The position numbers were made by a program, and so were the translations under genes. Positions 49,569-60,001 of a DNA stretch of 64,000 nucleotides are shown here, one piece after another. Positions within the stretch are counted from its first letter, which is position 1, and each line of letters begins with the position of its first letter. The DNA is from an uncultured Verrucomicrobiae bacterium (GTDB lineage Bacteria; Verrucomicrobiota; Verrucomicrobiia; Chthoniobacterales; JAFAMB01): NCBI GenBank assembly GCA_963762565.1, contig CAVXLD010000007.1, positions 160,001 to 224,000 on the forward strand, written 5' to 3'. The notes below the pieces were generated by a model. The model worked only from the letters and a program-made list of their open reading frames with translations. It made no database searches and had not been told where the DNA came from.

Positions 49569-50451
49569 GACGGTTCGATTTGAAGGTTCGTTGGCTGACA
49601 ATCTTGCGAACGAACCCAGCGGAGTTGAGCTGTTCTGGCTCGGGCAGGCGGGTTTTTTATTACGGTCCCCTGGGCTGGATTTTTTGATCGATCCCTACCT
49701 TTCAGATCAACTGGCCGAAAAGTATCGTGGACAGGTCTTCTCGCATACCAGGCTGATGACGCCGCCGATAACGGTCCCGGAACTGCCGAAGCTCGATTTC
49801 GTTTTCTGCACGCATCATCATGGGGATCATCTAGATTTTCCCACTATCCGCGAGATTGCGGGCAAATTTCCGTATACGCGTTTTATCGTGCCGGCGGCGA
49901 GTGAACCGGAGGTAGGCCGAGCTGGTTTAAAGAAAGATCAGATAATCTGGGCCGAAGCAGAAGGCGAAATCCAGCTAAGTGATACCTTGAAGGTGACACC
50001 CGTTAAGGCAGCTCACGAGAGCTTCGAGTACGATCAACTTGGCCGCGATCGGTTCTTAGGATATCTTTTGCAGGTGGAAGCGGGTTTAATCTATCACTCA
50101 GGTGATACTGTCCGCTATCCTGGATTGATGGAAAGGATCATCCGATCTGGTCCACAGTTAGCTCTGTTGCCGGTTAACGGACGTCGCCCGGAGCTTCGGG
50201 AGAAGATCGCCGGGAACTTTACGCTCGCTGAAGCGGTGCAATTTGGCTTGGACGCCAAAATCCCTGCCGTGATCGCGCATCATTTTGGAATGTTTGCGTT
50301 TAACACCATCGATCCCGGACTAATCGATCAAACTACCAGGAACACGCCGGACCGGCTCCAACTCATAAGGGCGGAGTTAGGTGCCCGTTACTTACTAAAA
50401 CATGGCGCGCGAGGACGCGCGCCCTCCCTATCCCCAGACACTAGTGCCTAG
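49555..50451 (+). CDS. MBL-fold metallo-hydrolase (UlaG-like)
   Basis: WLGQAGF, IDPYLS, THHHGDHLD, YHSGDT, LPVNG. Confidence 0.88.
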   Translation: MPAIETVRFEGSLADNLANEPSGVELFWLGQAGFLLRSPGLDFLIDPYLSDQLAEKYRGQVFSHTRLMTPPITVPELPKLDFVFCTHHHGDHLDFPTIREIAGKFPYTRFIVPAASEPEVGRAGLKKDQIIWAEAEGEIQLSDTLKVTPVKAAHESFEYDQLGRDRFLGYLLQVEAGLIYHSGDTVRYPGLMERIIRSGPQLALLPVNGRRPELREKIAGNFTLAEAVQFGLDAKIPAVIAHHFGMFAFNTIDPGLIDQTTRNTPDRLQLIRAELGARYLLKHGARGRAPSLSPDTSA

Positions 50452-51328
50452 ACGACCCCGACCCCCAATCGCCACGGATCCGAATCGGAACCTGCTCGAG
50501 ATAATATCGACTTCTTTGCAAAATCTGCGTCCTTCCGACCGTAAGGTGGCAGAGCTTACTTTGGCTGCGCCCGAGTTTGTACTCAATGCGACGGTGGATC
50601 AGACATCCAGACGGTCCGGAGTGAGTGAGCCGACCGTGATTCGGTTCTGCGAGGCGCTTGGGTTCGAGGGGTTTCAAGATTTCAAAGTCCGCCTCGCCCA
50701 AAGTGTCGCCCTGGGTATGCCAGCCACTCACTCAGTCATTTTGCCGGCTGATCCAGTCGGCATCATCGCGGATAAGATCTTTGACTACAGCATGAATAGT
50801 CTGGATTGGGCGCGCAAAAAGCTAGATAAGGACGAGCTGAACAAAGCCGTTGATCTGCTATTGGCGGCTAATCGCATCGAGTTCTTTGGTTTTGGTGCAT
50901 CGGGAATCGTCGCCTTAGATGCACAACAGAAGTTTCCGCTATTTGGGGTGCCATGCACGGCACATTGTGACTCGCATCAACAGTTCATCGCTGCTTCTAT
51001 GATGAAACCGGGCGACGTCGTAGTGGCGATCTCGAACACCGGTCAGACCAAAGGGGTGATTGAGGCGGCAAAGACTGCGTTGAACAATGGCGCCGCCGTC
51101 ATCGCGATCACCGGAAAAATCGGCCCCTTGCTAGAACATTGCACGGTGCCATTGCTGGTGGAAACGTTGGAAAACACGGATGTTTATACTCCTACCATTT
51201 CGCGGTTAGCGGCGCTCACTCTAATCGATATCTTAGCGACCAGCGTGATCACGCGGCGCGGCCAGGAGCACAACTCGCGCGTCGCGGAAATGAAACGGAA
51301 TCTAGCTGCCATGCGAGGCAGTCTCTAA
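50402..51328 (+). CDS. RpiR/HexR-family regulator (true start may be GTG at 50444)
   Basis: VSEPTVIRFC..LGF.GFQDFK; SIS domain FGFGASG, ISNTG. Confidence 0.9.
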   Translation: MAREDARPPYPQTLVPRRPRPPIATDPNRNLLEIISTSLQNLRPSDRKVAELTLAAPEFVLNATVDQTSRRSGVSEPTVIRFCEALGFEGFQDFKVRLAQSVALGMPATHSVILPADPVGIIADKIFDYSMNSLDWARKKLDKDELNKAVDLLLAANRIEFFGFGASGIVALDAQQKFPLFGVPCTAHCDSHQQFIAASMMKPGDVVVAISNTGQTKGVIEAAKTALNNGAAVIAITGKIGPLLEHCTVPLLVETLENTDVYTPTISRLAALTLIDILATSVITRRGQEHNSRVAEMKRNLAAMRGSL

Positions 51329-51465
51329 CTCGCTTAGGCTCGTTAGAGAATAGCCAATAGTCGATAGCCAATAGCCAATCGCGCTCATACTTACCCAGCG
51401 CCATTTGACTGTCGGCTATTGGCTATTGGCTATTGGCTATTCCGAAGCGAGCCTCAGGCGAGCTT
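51327..51465. repeat. Composite inverted-repeat element B with TAGCCAA arms
   Basis: AACTCGCTTAGGCTCG ... CGAGCCTCAGGCGAG; overlaps both convergent stop codons. Confidence 0.8.
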
Positions 51466-52779
51466 CGGCAGCCATTGGGCTTCGGCGGCGAGCATTTTGT
51501 CCACCAGTTCGTGGATTTGGGGGAGGGTGCAAACGGCGGCGGTTAAGGGGTCTAGCATGACGGCGTGGTAAACGGCGTCTTTGCTGCCGGTCAGAGCAGC
51601 TTCTACGATTAGTTCTTGGACGTTGATATTGGTGCGGTTAAGCGCGGCCAATTGAGGTGGGAGCGGACCGACTTTTATCGGCTGAATTCCGTTTCCGTCC
51701 ACCAGGCAGGGTACCTCGACGCAACAGCTGGCTGGTAGATTGTCAATCACGTCGTCATTCGGCACGTTGCCGTTGATTGTAATCGCTCTATTTGTCTCGA
51801 TCGCTTCGATGATACGCGCGCCGTATTCGTGTGTTCGTTCCGAGATCAACTCGGCCTGCAAAATAGACTGATATTCTTGTTGGAACTTTTGGACCCGATC
51901 ATGACAATGCCGCAGATACCCGCCGGTACGTCCAAATTCTAACCAATCGTTAACCGGGTCGGTAAACCTTGGGACGAGCTCGTTATCTACCATTTTCGCG
52001 GTCTTGCGAAAATAAGGCACATATTCACTGGCGTGACCGCTGGATTCGGTCACGAAATAACCAAAATGTTTTAGCAGATCAATTCGCACCGGCTCTTGCC
52101 CATAGATGGCCGGATCTTCGACGGCGGCAAAGATTTTTGGGTACAGATCTTCTTCTTTAGTTCTGAACTCGAGAAAGAAGGCTTGATGGTTGATGCCGGC
52201 GCAGAAGAAGATGACTTCCTCGTAAGGTACCTTGATCCAATCAGCCAGTAGCTCGCTGGTACCTTGAACACTGTGGCAGAGTCCCACGTGCGGAAGGCCG
52301 CTGCCGGCTGCAACCGCCCAACAATTGGCGGCCATTGGGTTCACATAGTTAAGCAGTAGTGCTTCCGGGGCGTATTGATCAATCTCCGAGCAAATATCGA
52401 TCAGGACTGGGATCGTCCGCAGGGCGCGAAACACGCCGCCTGGTCCTAGCGTATCTCCGACACACTGCTCGATGCCGTACTGCTGCGGTATTTCGATGTC
52501 GAGCTGATAAGCATCGAGACCGCCTTGTTGAAAGGTCGTGACCACATAGTCCGAGTCTTTGATTGCTTCCCTTCGATCGAGGGTCGCCGACACGGTAGCT
52601 TTAACACCGCGGCGATCGATGGTTGACTGAACGATTTGGCGTGACTGCTCTAGCCGCTGCGCGTCGATGTCCATCAATACGATGGTGCTATCGCTCAGCG
52701 CCGGCGTGAGAAGAATATCGTTAGTAAGGTTCCGGGTGAAGACAAGGCTTCCTGCTCCGATAAAGGTAATTTTAGGCAT
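51454..52779 (-). CDS. Family 4 glycoside hydrolase (alpha-galactosidase MelA-like)
   Basis: KITFIGAGS, VGDTLGPGG, NYVNP, GLCHSVQ, GINH, TESSGH. Confidence 0.9.
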   Translation of the reverse strand: MPKITFIGAGSLVFTRNLTNDILLTPALSDSTIVLMDIDAQRLEQSRQIVQSTIDRRGVKATVSATLDRREAIKDSDYVVTTFQQGGLDAYQLDIEIPQQYGIEQCVGDTLGPGGVFRALRTIPVLIDICSEIDQYAPEALLLNYVNPMAANCWAVAAGSGLPHVGLCHSVQGTSELLADWIKVPYEEVIFFCAGINHQAFFLEFRTKEEDLYPKIFAAVEDPAIYGQEPVRIDLLKHFGYFVTESSGHASEYVPYFRKTAKMVDNELVPRFTDPVNDWLEFGRTGGYLRHCHDRVQKFQQEYQSILQAELISERTHEYGARIIEAIETNRAITINGNVPNDDVIDNLPASCCVEVPCLVDGNGIQPIKVGPLPPQLAALNRTNINVQELIVEAALTGSKDAVYHAVMLDPLTAAVCTLPQIHELVDKMLAAEAQWLPKLA

Positions 52780-52791
52780 AAGTTAGAAAAC

Positions 52792-52921
52792 GGACTCGCC
52801 TGAGGCTCGTCCGAATGACAAATGACAGATGTGGCGGCCATGGATCGCTGCTGGGGTCTTTCTCCATTTGTCATTTTTGTCATCTGTCATTTGTCATGCT
52901 GAACGAGCCTCAGCGAGTTCA
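52792..52921. repeat. Composite inverted-repeat element C with TGACAAA arms
   Basis: GACTCGCCTGAGGCTCGT ... ACGAGCCTCAGCGAGTTC. Confidence 0.8.
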
Positions 52922-53743
52922 GCTTTTGACTGCTCCGGCAGTGAGTCCCGCTACGAGGCGGCGTTGTACGACGGCAAAAAACAAAATGGTCGGCACGATG
53001 GCGATGACCGTGCCGGCAGTGATCAAGCCCCATTTCACCTGCAAGCTCTGGAGAAAGCTTTGTAAGCCGAGTGGTAACGTCTGAGTCGAATTGCTCTGAG
53101 AAAGAATCGAGACAAAAAGATAATCGCCCCATGACACCACAAAAGCGAAGAATCCGGCCACGACGAGGCCAGGTAGAGCGATGGGATAGAGAATTCTAAA
53201 TAGGATCGCTAAACGGGAACAACCGTCGATGGCGGCTGCTTGATCGAGCTCGCGGGGAATGGCGTTAAAATAGCCGGTTAACATCCAAAGCGCGAACGGT
53301 AAAGTGATCGAGGTATGGGTAAGGATCACGCCGATATGAGTATCAACCAGCGAGAGGTTCGACATCAAAACATAGAATGGCACTAGCACTAAAACGTACG
53401 GAAAAAACTGAGGCAACAGTGCAGCCAGCATCAGATACGGTTTGCCCTTCAACGGGAACCGGCTGAGGCCGTAGGCACCCAGGCTGGCAAATAAAACCAC
53501 CAGCAACATAACCGTGGTGGCAATCAAGATCGAGTTAGCCACCAGCTGAGGAAAGTTGTTCAGGTTAAAGGCTTCCAGGTAGTTATAAACAGTAAGCTCG
53601 GAGAAGGCGGGCAAAATGTGACCGGATTGGATCGAGTCCGAGGTCCGAAAACTGCAAAGAAGAAGCCAGGCCATTGGGCCGAGCAGAAAAAGATAGAATA
53701 GGGCGAGCCCCAGATAAACGATGACGCGGTGAGTGAGTTTCAT
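52919..53743 (-). CDS. Carbohydrate ABC transporter permease
   Basis: EAA-like loop ELDQAAAIDG, GLTAGAVK. Confidence 0.92.
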   Translation of the reverse strand: MKLTHRVIVYLGLALFYLFLLGPMAWLLLCSFRTSDSIQSGHILPAFSELTVYNYLEAFNLNNFPQLVANSILIATTVMLLVVLFASLGAYGLSRFPLKGKPYLMLAALLPQFFPYVLVLVPFYVLMSNLSLVDTHIGVILTHTSITLPFALWMLTGYFNAIPRELDQAAAIDGCSRLAILFRILYPIALPGLVVAGFFAFVVSWGDYLFVSILSQSNSTQTLPLGLQSFLQSLQVKWGLITAGTVIAIVPTILFFAVVQRRLVAGLTAGAVKS

Positions 53744-54705
53744 TCCGTCTCGTATCCTCGAATTACCCGGCGGCAGATCATTACCAGAATGACCAATACG
53801 ACTAACATCACCACGCCGCCGGCGCTGGCATAGCCAAGCGCATAGCCGCTCCAGGCCTGTTTGTAAATGTAGGTAGGTAGAACCTCCGTCGCGTTTACCG
53901 GCCCGCCTCCGGTAGAGAGAAAGACGAAATCGAAATTGTTAAAGGTAAAGGTGACATGCAGGACTACCATTACCAGGATGATGTAACGCAGGTTGGGCAG
54001 GGTGATGAAGATGAGGCGGTGCCAACGGGTGGCGCCGTCGATGCGAGCGGCCTCGTAAAGATCTTGCGGGATAGCCTGCATGGCCGCCATGAAAGCGATC
54101 GCGTAAAAGGGGATGTTGCGCCAAAGGTGCATCACCAGGATCAAAAGGAAGGCGAAATTCTCGTCCCCGAACCAGTTTCTGGTCCATTGGCTTAGACCAA
54201 TCTTAGTTAATACCAAATTGAAGAATCCGTAGTTAGGCAAAGTAAAAAAACGAAAGATAACTACGGCACAGATGATCGGTAGCACCCAGGTTACCATGGC
54301 CAGGCTGCGAAAGACCTGAATCCCGGGAACTCGTTGGATCAGGAGATGAGCCAAGATCAAACCGAAAAATACTTGTAGAGCTACAGCGGTGACAGTGAGC
54401 TCCAGAGAGTGCACAAAGGAGAGCTGGAAGATGGGATCAGCGAAAAGTTTAAAGTAGTTCGCTAGGCCGACCAAATTGTAGTGGTTAGGGTCGAGCAGCG
54501 ATTGATCAGTGAACGAGGTGAAAATGCCGTAGGCGGTAGGATAAAGGTTGAGCCCAAGAATGATGGCGAGCGCGGGTAATAAGAGGAGATAACCGAAGGC
54601 CTCTTTCCAAAGGCGAACCAACAAGGGTGTCCGGTATTCTTTGGGCGCACTAGCTTTTGGTCGGTGGAAAGCCAGGTCCTTTGTATCCATCGTTGCGGGC
54701 ATCAT
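53740..54705 (-). CDS. Carbohydrate ABC transporter permease
   Basis: LYEAARIDGA, ITLP, TGGGP. Confidence 0.92.
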   Translation of the reverse strand: MMPATMDTKDLAFHRPKASAPKEYRTPLLVRLWKEAFGYLLLLPALAIILGLNLYPTAYGIFTSFTDQSLLDPNHYNLVGLANYFKLFADPIFQLSFVHSLELTVTAVALQVFFGLILAHLLIQRVPGIQVFRSLAMVTWVLPIICAVVIFRFFTLPNYGFFNLVLTKIGLSQWTRNWFGDENFAFLLILVMHLWRNIPFYAIAFMAAMQAIPQDLYEAARIDGATRWHRLIFITLPNLRYIILVMVVLHVTFTFNNFDFVFLSTGGGPVNATEVLPTYIYKQAWSGYALGYASAGGVVMLVVLVILVMICRRVIRGYETE

Positions 54706-54818
54706 CTTGCGTAAGTCGGCGTTAGGCTAGCTGGAATTGCGTGTGTCTGGTGGGGCGTCTGCGAAAAGGGGGAAAGGGCGAATGGGCGAAACGGCGATTC
54801 GGCGAAGCGAAGCCCAAG

Positions 54819-55086
54819 TTTGGTGGGGCGAGGCTCCGGAACGGCTCCTTGTGTTCTCAAAGTCTCTGGTCACTTTCGGCGACATCATCCGCAAGGCTGA
54901 TTCACTGCCGAGCCGCTGGCCCAGCGCTATGCAATCGAAATCGGTTGGGATCGGTCGGCCGTTTTTAGAGGTGGAGAATCATGGGCGGCGGCTCGGCAGC
55001 CTGTCGGCGCAAGTTGCCTTCGGTGGAGCGAGTTCAACTTGCCTTGCCCGGCGTCTGAGTCCGTGCAAGAGCCTCGCCCCACCAAG
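54819..55086. repeat. Split REP-like element, copy 3
   Basis: Spacers 69 and 70 nt. Confidence 0.8.
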
Positions 55087-55103
55087 TGTGATCCCTGTCT
55101 GCC

Positions 55104-56405
55104 CTATAACTGATTATTTTTCGCTCGTTGTTCCAAGGTCGTGTACAGCGCCTTACCGGCTTCTTCTGGGGTGCTGTTTTTGTAAATCACCTTTTGTATC
55201 GCCTCAGTAATGTCGTTGATAACATAACCCCAGTTGATGGCGGCGAGCGCGACGCCGGTGCCCAGTTGGGAGCTAAACGCCTTTTGCCACCAGTTGTCCT
55301 TAAATTCCGGTAGATCGGCCACGTCTTTCCGTGGCGGATTAACGCCTTCAGTTTGGTTATCCAAAGCGACGAATTCCTTGCTCGCCAGGATCTTGATCAA
55401 GGCCCAAGCATCTTGTTTGTTTTTGCTGGCGGCGTTGATCAGCAACGGTTTGACTTCCAGATAGGTGGCCTGAGTGCCTCCCTCCGGCAGCGGGAGCGGA
55501 GCAACTCCGGTTTCTTCTTCAAGAATTTTCTTCGCGGTATCTCCGGTTAGCCGGTAGGAATAGAGCCACGGCCCCATTGGTACCATGGCCGATTTTCCCG
55601 AAACGTAGTCGGTGTCGGTGGCCTGGTAGTCGTTGCCGCGAGTGTTCTGATTCGCCGCCGAGGGAGTGCCGGCGAAAAACACATCCTCATAGAGTTTCAA
55701 TACCTGCGCGAGTTTTTCCGGCGTGGTGTTCATCTCCCACTTCTTGGAAGATTCGTTGTATTTAAAGGGGTTCTCTCCGCCATTGACCTGGAAGAAGAAA
55801 GAGATGAACTCCTGAAAGGTACGGACGCTCCCGTTTTTGGTGGTTAATCCCAGGCCGGCGACACCGTCTTCTTTGGACGAGATCAGGGCTGCATCCTTCA
55901 CTAAGTCATCCCAAGTCTTCGGGGCTTCGAGACCATATTTCTGAAAGAGATCTTTCCGATAGACCAAAACCCGGACATTAGTGTTATAGGGTACTCCGTA
56001 TAATTTACCGTTAATTGTGAGCGCCTTGATGGTGGTCGGAATGAACTGATCTTTATCTGCCCATTTATCGAATTCGCTGTCGATCGGTGCGATTAGGCCG
56101 GCCTTCTGATAAGCGAACATTCCTTCTAACACCGCTTCGATGACGTCCGGTTTTCCCCGGCGTCCTTGGACGATCAGTTTCTGTTGGGCATCTTGGTAGA
56201 TGGGAGGGCCGTAGTTATTCGCCAGGGTAACCCCGGGCAGCAATTTAGGAACGTTTTCGCTGACCCATTTAGTTAGCGGTCCTTTTTGGGGACCATCCTG
56301 AGACATCGGAACGAACCAGAGATCCAGGTCTTTTGCCTGGCTCGCAGCTACGAAGACGAAGGCACTCAGTAGCCCTAATAGTCGGAATTTTGGCAAACGT
56401 TTCAT
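55104..56405 (-). CDS. Sugar ABC transporter substrate-binding protein
   Basis: Signal peptide; GKLYGVPY..L.YRKDLF..P.TWDDL; G.SAM..GPW. Confidence 0.9.
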   Translation of the reverse strand: MKRLPKFRLLGLLSAFVFVAASQAKDLDLWFVPMSQDGPQKGPLTKWVSENVPKLLPGVTLANNYGPPIYQDAQQKLIVQGRRGKPDVIEAVLEGMFAYQKAGLIAPIDSEFDKWADKDQFIPTTIKALTINGKLYGVPYNTNVRVLVYRKDLFQKYGLEAPKTWDDLVKDAALISSKEDGVAGLGLTTKNGSVRTFQEFISFFFQVNGGENPFKYNESSKKWEMNTTPEKLAQVLKLYEDVFFAGTPSAANQNTRGNDYQATDTDYVSGKSAMVPMGPWLYSYRLTGDTAKKILEEETGVAPLPLPEGGTQATYLEVKPLLINAASKNKQDAWALIKILASKEFVALDNQTEGVNPPRKDVADLPEFKDNWWQKAFSSQLGTGVALAAINWGYVINDITEAIQKVIYKNSTPEEAGKALYTTLEQRAKNNQL

Positions 56406-56534
56406 TATGTTTGGGGGAAGAATCAGGTCGGTGGGATCGTGTAGATTCGGACGAAAACTCGTCGTGAATCGTTGCAGCTTGATTAAAACGTGAAGCTGTC
56501 GCAATAGTCGTTCCGGATCGATAATAGTCTATTT

Positions 56535-57455
56535 GTGAAGACGTCATCATCGAACGCATTCTCCGGAAACGTGAACGGCGACCTGCACAATTTGTACACG
56601 ACTTTACGCGCCGTCCGGGCCTGCCCCGAGACCGGGTCAACTTATGCAGGGAGCGTTTATTGCGGGTTGGAGACGCGCATCGATCCTCTTGATTACTATT
56701 GGGATGGACGAAAACGCGGTGGTCATCCCAAGTACCCCTACGTGATCTGGCAATATACGCTGCGCGGTTGGGGGAGCCTGAAGACCGAGCGAGCGCTTCA
56801 TCGGCTGGAACCAGGTTGCGCGTTTACCACGATAGTCCCAAGCGACGATATATATTGTCTCCCGAAGAAATCGACCGAATGGACTTTTTTCTGGTTCATC
56901 ATTCACCATCGCTACGTCGTGGAGAGGATCAAGAAACGTCAACGAATGGCGTCTCAAGTTTGGCCGATCCCGGCGGACAGCGCATTGATAGGTCGGGCAG
57001 TGGATCTCTTTGACGCCGTGCGAACGGGCGTGTGCCAGGACGAGTTCACGGAGGAGAGCCTGCTTTTCGCGTTCATGCTCGAATACGAACGATTCGGTCA
57101 TTCCTTATTGCACCCGGCTGAAGCCCGAGAACGCTTGCTGAAAGAACTTCGAACCGAGGTCCTGCATGGAATGCGGAACGGTGGACCAACGGTCGAACAA
57201 CTAGCAGCTAAACGAAAAATGAGTCGCAGTGCGTTTTCTCATCGATTCCGGGATGTGACTGGATCGACGCCAGCCCGCTTCATTACCCAGGTCAAACTAG
57301 GAGAAGTTACCCGGATGTTGGTACAAACAGATCTGAAGCTCTCCGCCATCGCGGAATTGACAGGATTTGCCGACGCCACGCATCTCGGAAAAGTTTTTCG
57401 TAAGCGCTACTCCCTTACACCCGATCGCTACCGGAATGCGATGCGGGCGCGGTGA
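56535..57455 (+). CDS. AraC-family transcriptional regulator
   Basis: N-terminal cupin-like domain; C-terminal double HTH (IAELTGF.D..HL..VFRK.Y..TP..YR). Confidence 0.9.
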   Translation: MKTSSSNAFSGNVNGDLHNLYTTLRAVRACPETGSTYAGSVYCGLETRIDPLDYYWDGRKRGGHPKYPYVIWQYTLRGWGSLKTERALHRLEPGCAFTTIVPSDDIYCLPKKSTEWTFFWFIIHHRYVVERIKKRQRMASQVWPIPADSALIGRAVDLFDAVRTGVCQDEFTEESLLFAFMLEYERFGHSLLHPAEARERLLKELRTEVLHGMRNGGPTVEQLAAKRKMSRSAFSHRFRDVTGSTPARFITQVKLGEVTRMLVQTDLKLSAIAELTGFADATHLGKVFRKRYSLTPDRYRNAMRAR

Positions 57456-57657
57456 ACTCGCTTAGGCTCGTTAGGAGTTCAGGAGTTCGAGGAGTTCACG
57501 GCAGGAGAATAGAACAAACACGTCGTGGGCAGTTTCCGGGAGCCGCCTGCTGCCGACCTACAGACCTGCCATCTGACAAAGCGGCTCCCCTCCAAACCAA
57601 ACGCTCCTTCGCCCGCTGCGTTCTCTCCTGAACTCCTAACGAGCCTAAGGCGAGTTC
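57454..57657. repeat. Composite inverted-repeat element D with GGAGTTCA arms
   Basis: GAACTCGCTTAGGCTCGTT ... AACGAGCCTAAGGCGAGTTC; overlaps both convergent TGA stops. Confidence 0.85.
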
Positions 57658-58408
57658 ACCTTCCGCCGCCAATCTCTAAGATCGTTCCGGTGACGTAGGA
57701 AGCTTCGGGGGAGAGTAACCAAAGGACACCGGCGGCGATTTCATCGGGTGTGCCTGGTCGTTTCATGGGGATGGTGGAACTTAGCCGCGCGGGACGGTCT
57801 GGAGCGCCGGCGGCGGCGTGCAGGTCGGTTTCAACTAGGCCCGGGGCAACTGCATTGACCCGGATCCCTTCGTTCGCCACTTCCCTGGCCAGTCCAATGG
57901 TCAGAGTATCAATGGCTCCCTTGGTGGCGGCGTAATGGACCCATTCCCCAGCGCCTCCTGTGCGAGCGGCGAGCGAGGAGATATTGACGATGGAGCCCCC
58001 TGAGTGGCCGTATCGAGTCGACATCCTCTTCACGGCCTCACGCAGGCAAAGAATCGGCCCGATTACATTTACCGCCATTAATCTTTCAAGGATTGGACCG
58101 CTGGTTTCATCAACGCGCGCAAAACCGCCAGTGATACCGGCGTTATTAACTAACCCGTAGATCGGACCCAGCCGGGTCTCTGTATCTTGGAAAAGAGCGA
58201 TCACCTCCGACTCGACTGATACATCGGCTCGAATCGAGATCGCTTTTCCACCGGTGCTGCGAATCTGTTCAACGACTTTGTCCGCCGCCTGTTGGTCTCT
58301 CGAGTAGTTGACGACTATCTGATAGTCGGAACGGGCTGCTTTCAGCGCGATCGCAGCGCCGATCCCGCGGCTGGCTCCGGTGATGATCAAAGTCCGTGGC
58401 GATGGCAT
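57656..58408 (-). CDS. SDR-family oxidoreductase
   Basis: TGASRGIG, NNAG, YAATK, NAVAPG. Confidence 0.92.
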   Translation of the reverse strand: MPSPRTLIITGASRGIGAAIALKAARSDYQIVVNYSRDQQAADKVVEQIRSTGGKAISIRADVSVESEVIALFQDTETRLGPIYGLVNNAGITGGFARVDETSGPILERLMAVNVIGPILCLREAVKRMSTRYGHSGGSIVNISSLAARTGGAGEWVHYAATKGAIDTLTIGLAREVANEGIRVNAVAPGLVETDLHAAAGAPDRPARLSSTIPMKRPGTPDEIAAGVLWLLSPEASYVTGTILEIGGGR

Positions 58409-58448
58409 GGGAATTCCTAATAGCAAATAGCAGATCGCAAATAGCAAA

Positions 58449-58686
58449 TTTGGTAGGGCGAGGCTCCGGAATTTTGGTAGGGCGAGGCTCCGGAATAGCC
58501 GGACTGGGGTCGCAGGGTCAAATCACGCTTCGCTGGTATATAGAATACAACACTTAAGCGCTGCCGAGCCGTGGGTTGCGCCACCCTCGGCTCGGCAGCT
58601 TTCAGGTGTCGCATCCCATATACCAACGACTCACCATTTCGCGCTGCGACTTTGCTTTGGTCATTCCGGAGCCTCGCCCCACCAAA
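58449..58686. repeat. Split REP-like element, copy 4 (outer left arm tandemly duplicated)
   Basis: Spacers 71 and 71 nt, partly complementary. Confidence 0.8.
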
Positions 58687-58730
58687 GGTTCCTTGAACTC
58701 CTGTAACTCCTCTGTTTTTGTGAGACGACG

Positions 58731-59999
58731 ATGAATCGCGCACTCGGCTACACTTTAACAGCCCTGCTTTTGGGGTTGGACTTAGTGGTCGGTACTTTCC
58801 TGTTGAGTTCGGGTAACGCGCAAGTTCCGACGGATGACGCCTCTGCCTGGCTGAGGGTGTTTACCCGGGCGTTTGAACTAGTAAAACAGGATTATGTTGA
58901 CCCCAAGAAGGTGACTTCGTCGCAATTAGTGCATGCCTCGCTGCGCCAAATGCTGTCCCAGCTTGATCCCCATAGCGGTTATCTGGAGGCGGAAGACTAT
59001 GAGGATTTCCAGGAGGAAAACAGGGGCGAAGTGACCGGTATCGGCATTGTGGTCGCCGAGATTAATAGTCAGCTGACCGTGGTATCAGCGGTTGAAGAAG
59101 CTCCAGCGGCTAAGGCGGGAATTGTGCCCGGCGATCAGATCATGGCGATCGAAGGGGTTAACGTCGAACACAAACGGGTAGAGGATATTGGCCCGCTTTT
59201 GCGCGGCCCTAAAGGCAGCAGCGTCCACATAAAAATCTACCGGCCATCGACTAAGAACGTGAGCGATATCCAGGTCATCCGTGGTATGTATCGGCTGACA
59301 AGCGTGAGAGATGCCCATCTCCTGGATGGCGGAGAAGCGGGTAAATTCAAGATCGGATATCTTCGGATTACAGAATTCGATCAGCCGACGGCGACCGAGC
59401 TCGGGACGAAGGTGGATGATTTGCTGGATAAAGGGATGCAGGCCCTCATATTGGATCTGCGATTCAATCCGGGCGGGCTGGTCCAAAGCGCCATCGACAC
59501 CTGCGGAGTATTTCTGCCGCCCAAGACGATGGTGGTCTACACAGAAGGGCGCGACGCAGGTTCCCATCAGGAATTCTATACTGATACAGCGGCCAAGCCG
59601 CGGCTGAACTTTCCCATGGTGATTCTGGTTAACAACGAAAGCGCCAGCGCTTCGGAAATCGTTGCCGGAGCAATGAAAGATCTGCGACGGGCGATCATCG
59701 TTGGACAAACGACGTTCGGGAAAGGGCTCGTGCAGGCCCAGTTTGAGCTCCCGGACGGGTCCGGCATGCGACTAACGGTTGCCAGGTATTTCACGCCAAA
59801 TCATGAAACCATTCAGGAGAAGGGCGTGAAACCCGACATTGCCAGTTCAATGAACCGGGTAGAAGAAAGAGCACTGTTGCTCAGGCAGAGAGGCAGTTTT
59901 CTGAATCCAGCCGAGAAAGAGCTCGTTGCCCACCAGAAAGACGAGCAATTGGATCGAGCGGTCGACGCGTTGAAGGGGCTGCTGACGTACGAGGGATAG
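58731..59999 (+). CDS. S41 C-terminal processing protease (CtpA-like)
   Basis: LDPHS, PDZ domain, LDLRFNPGG, SASASEI, TFGKG. Confidence 0.93.
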   Translation: MNRALGYTLTALLLGLDLVVGTFLLSSGNAQVPTDDASAWLRVFTRAFELVKQDYVDPKKVTSSQLVHASLRQMLSQLDPHSGYLEAEDYEDFQEENRGEVTGIGIVVAEINSQLTVVSAVEEAPAAKAGIVPGDQIMAIEGVNVEHKRVEDIGPLLRGPKGSSVHIKIYRPSTKNVSDIQVIRGMYRLTSVRDAHLLDGGEAGKFKIGYLRITEFDQPTATELGTKVDDLLDKGMQALILDLRFNPGGLVQSAIDTCGVFLPPKTMVVYTEGRDAGSHQEFYTDTAAKPRLNFPMVILVNNESASASEIVAGAMKDLRRAIIVGQTTFGKGLVQAQFELPDGSGMRLTVARYFTPNHETIQEKGVKPDIASSMNRVEERALLLRQRGSFLNPAEKELVAHQKDEQLDRAVDALKGLLTYEG

Positions 60000-60001
60000 C
60001 C

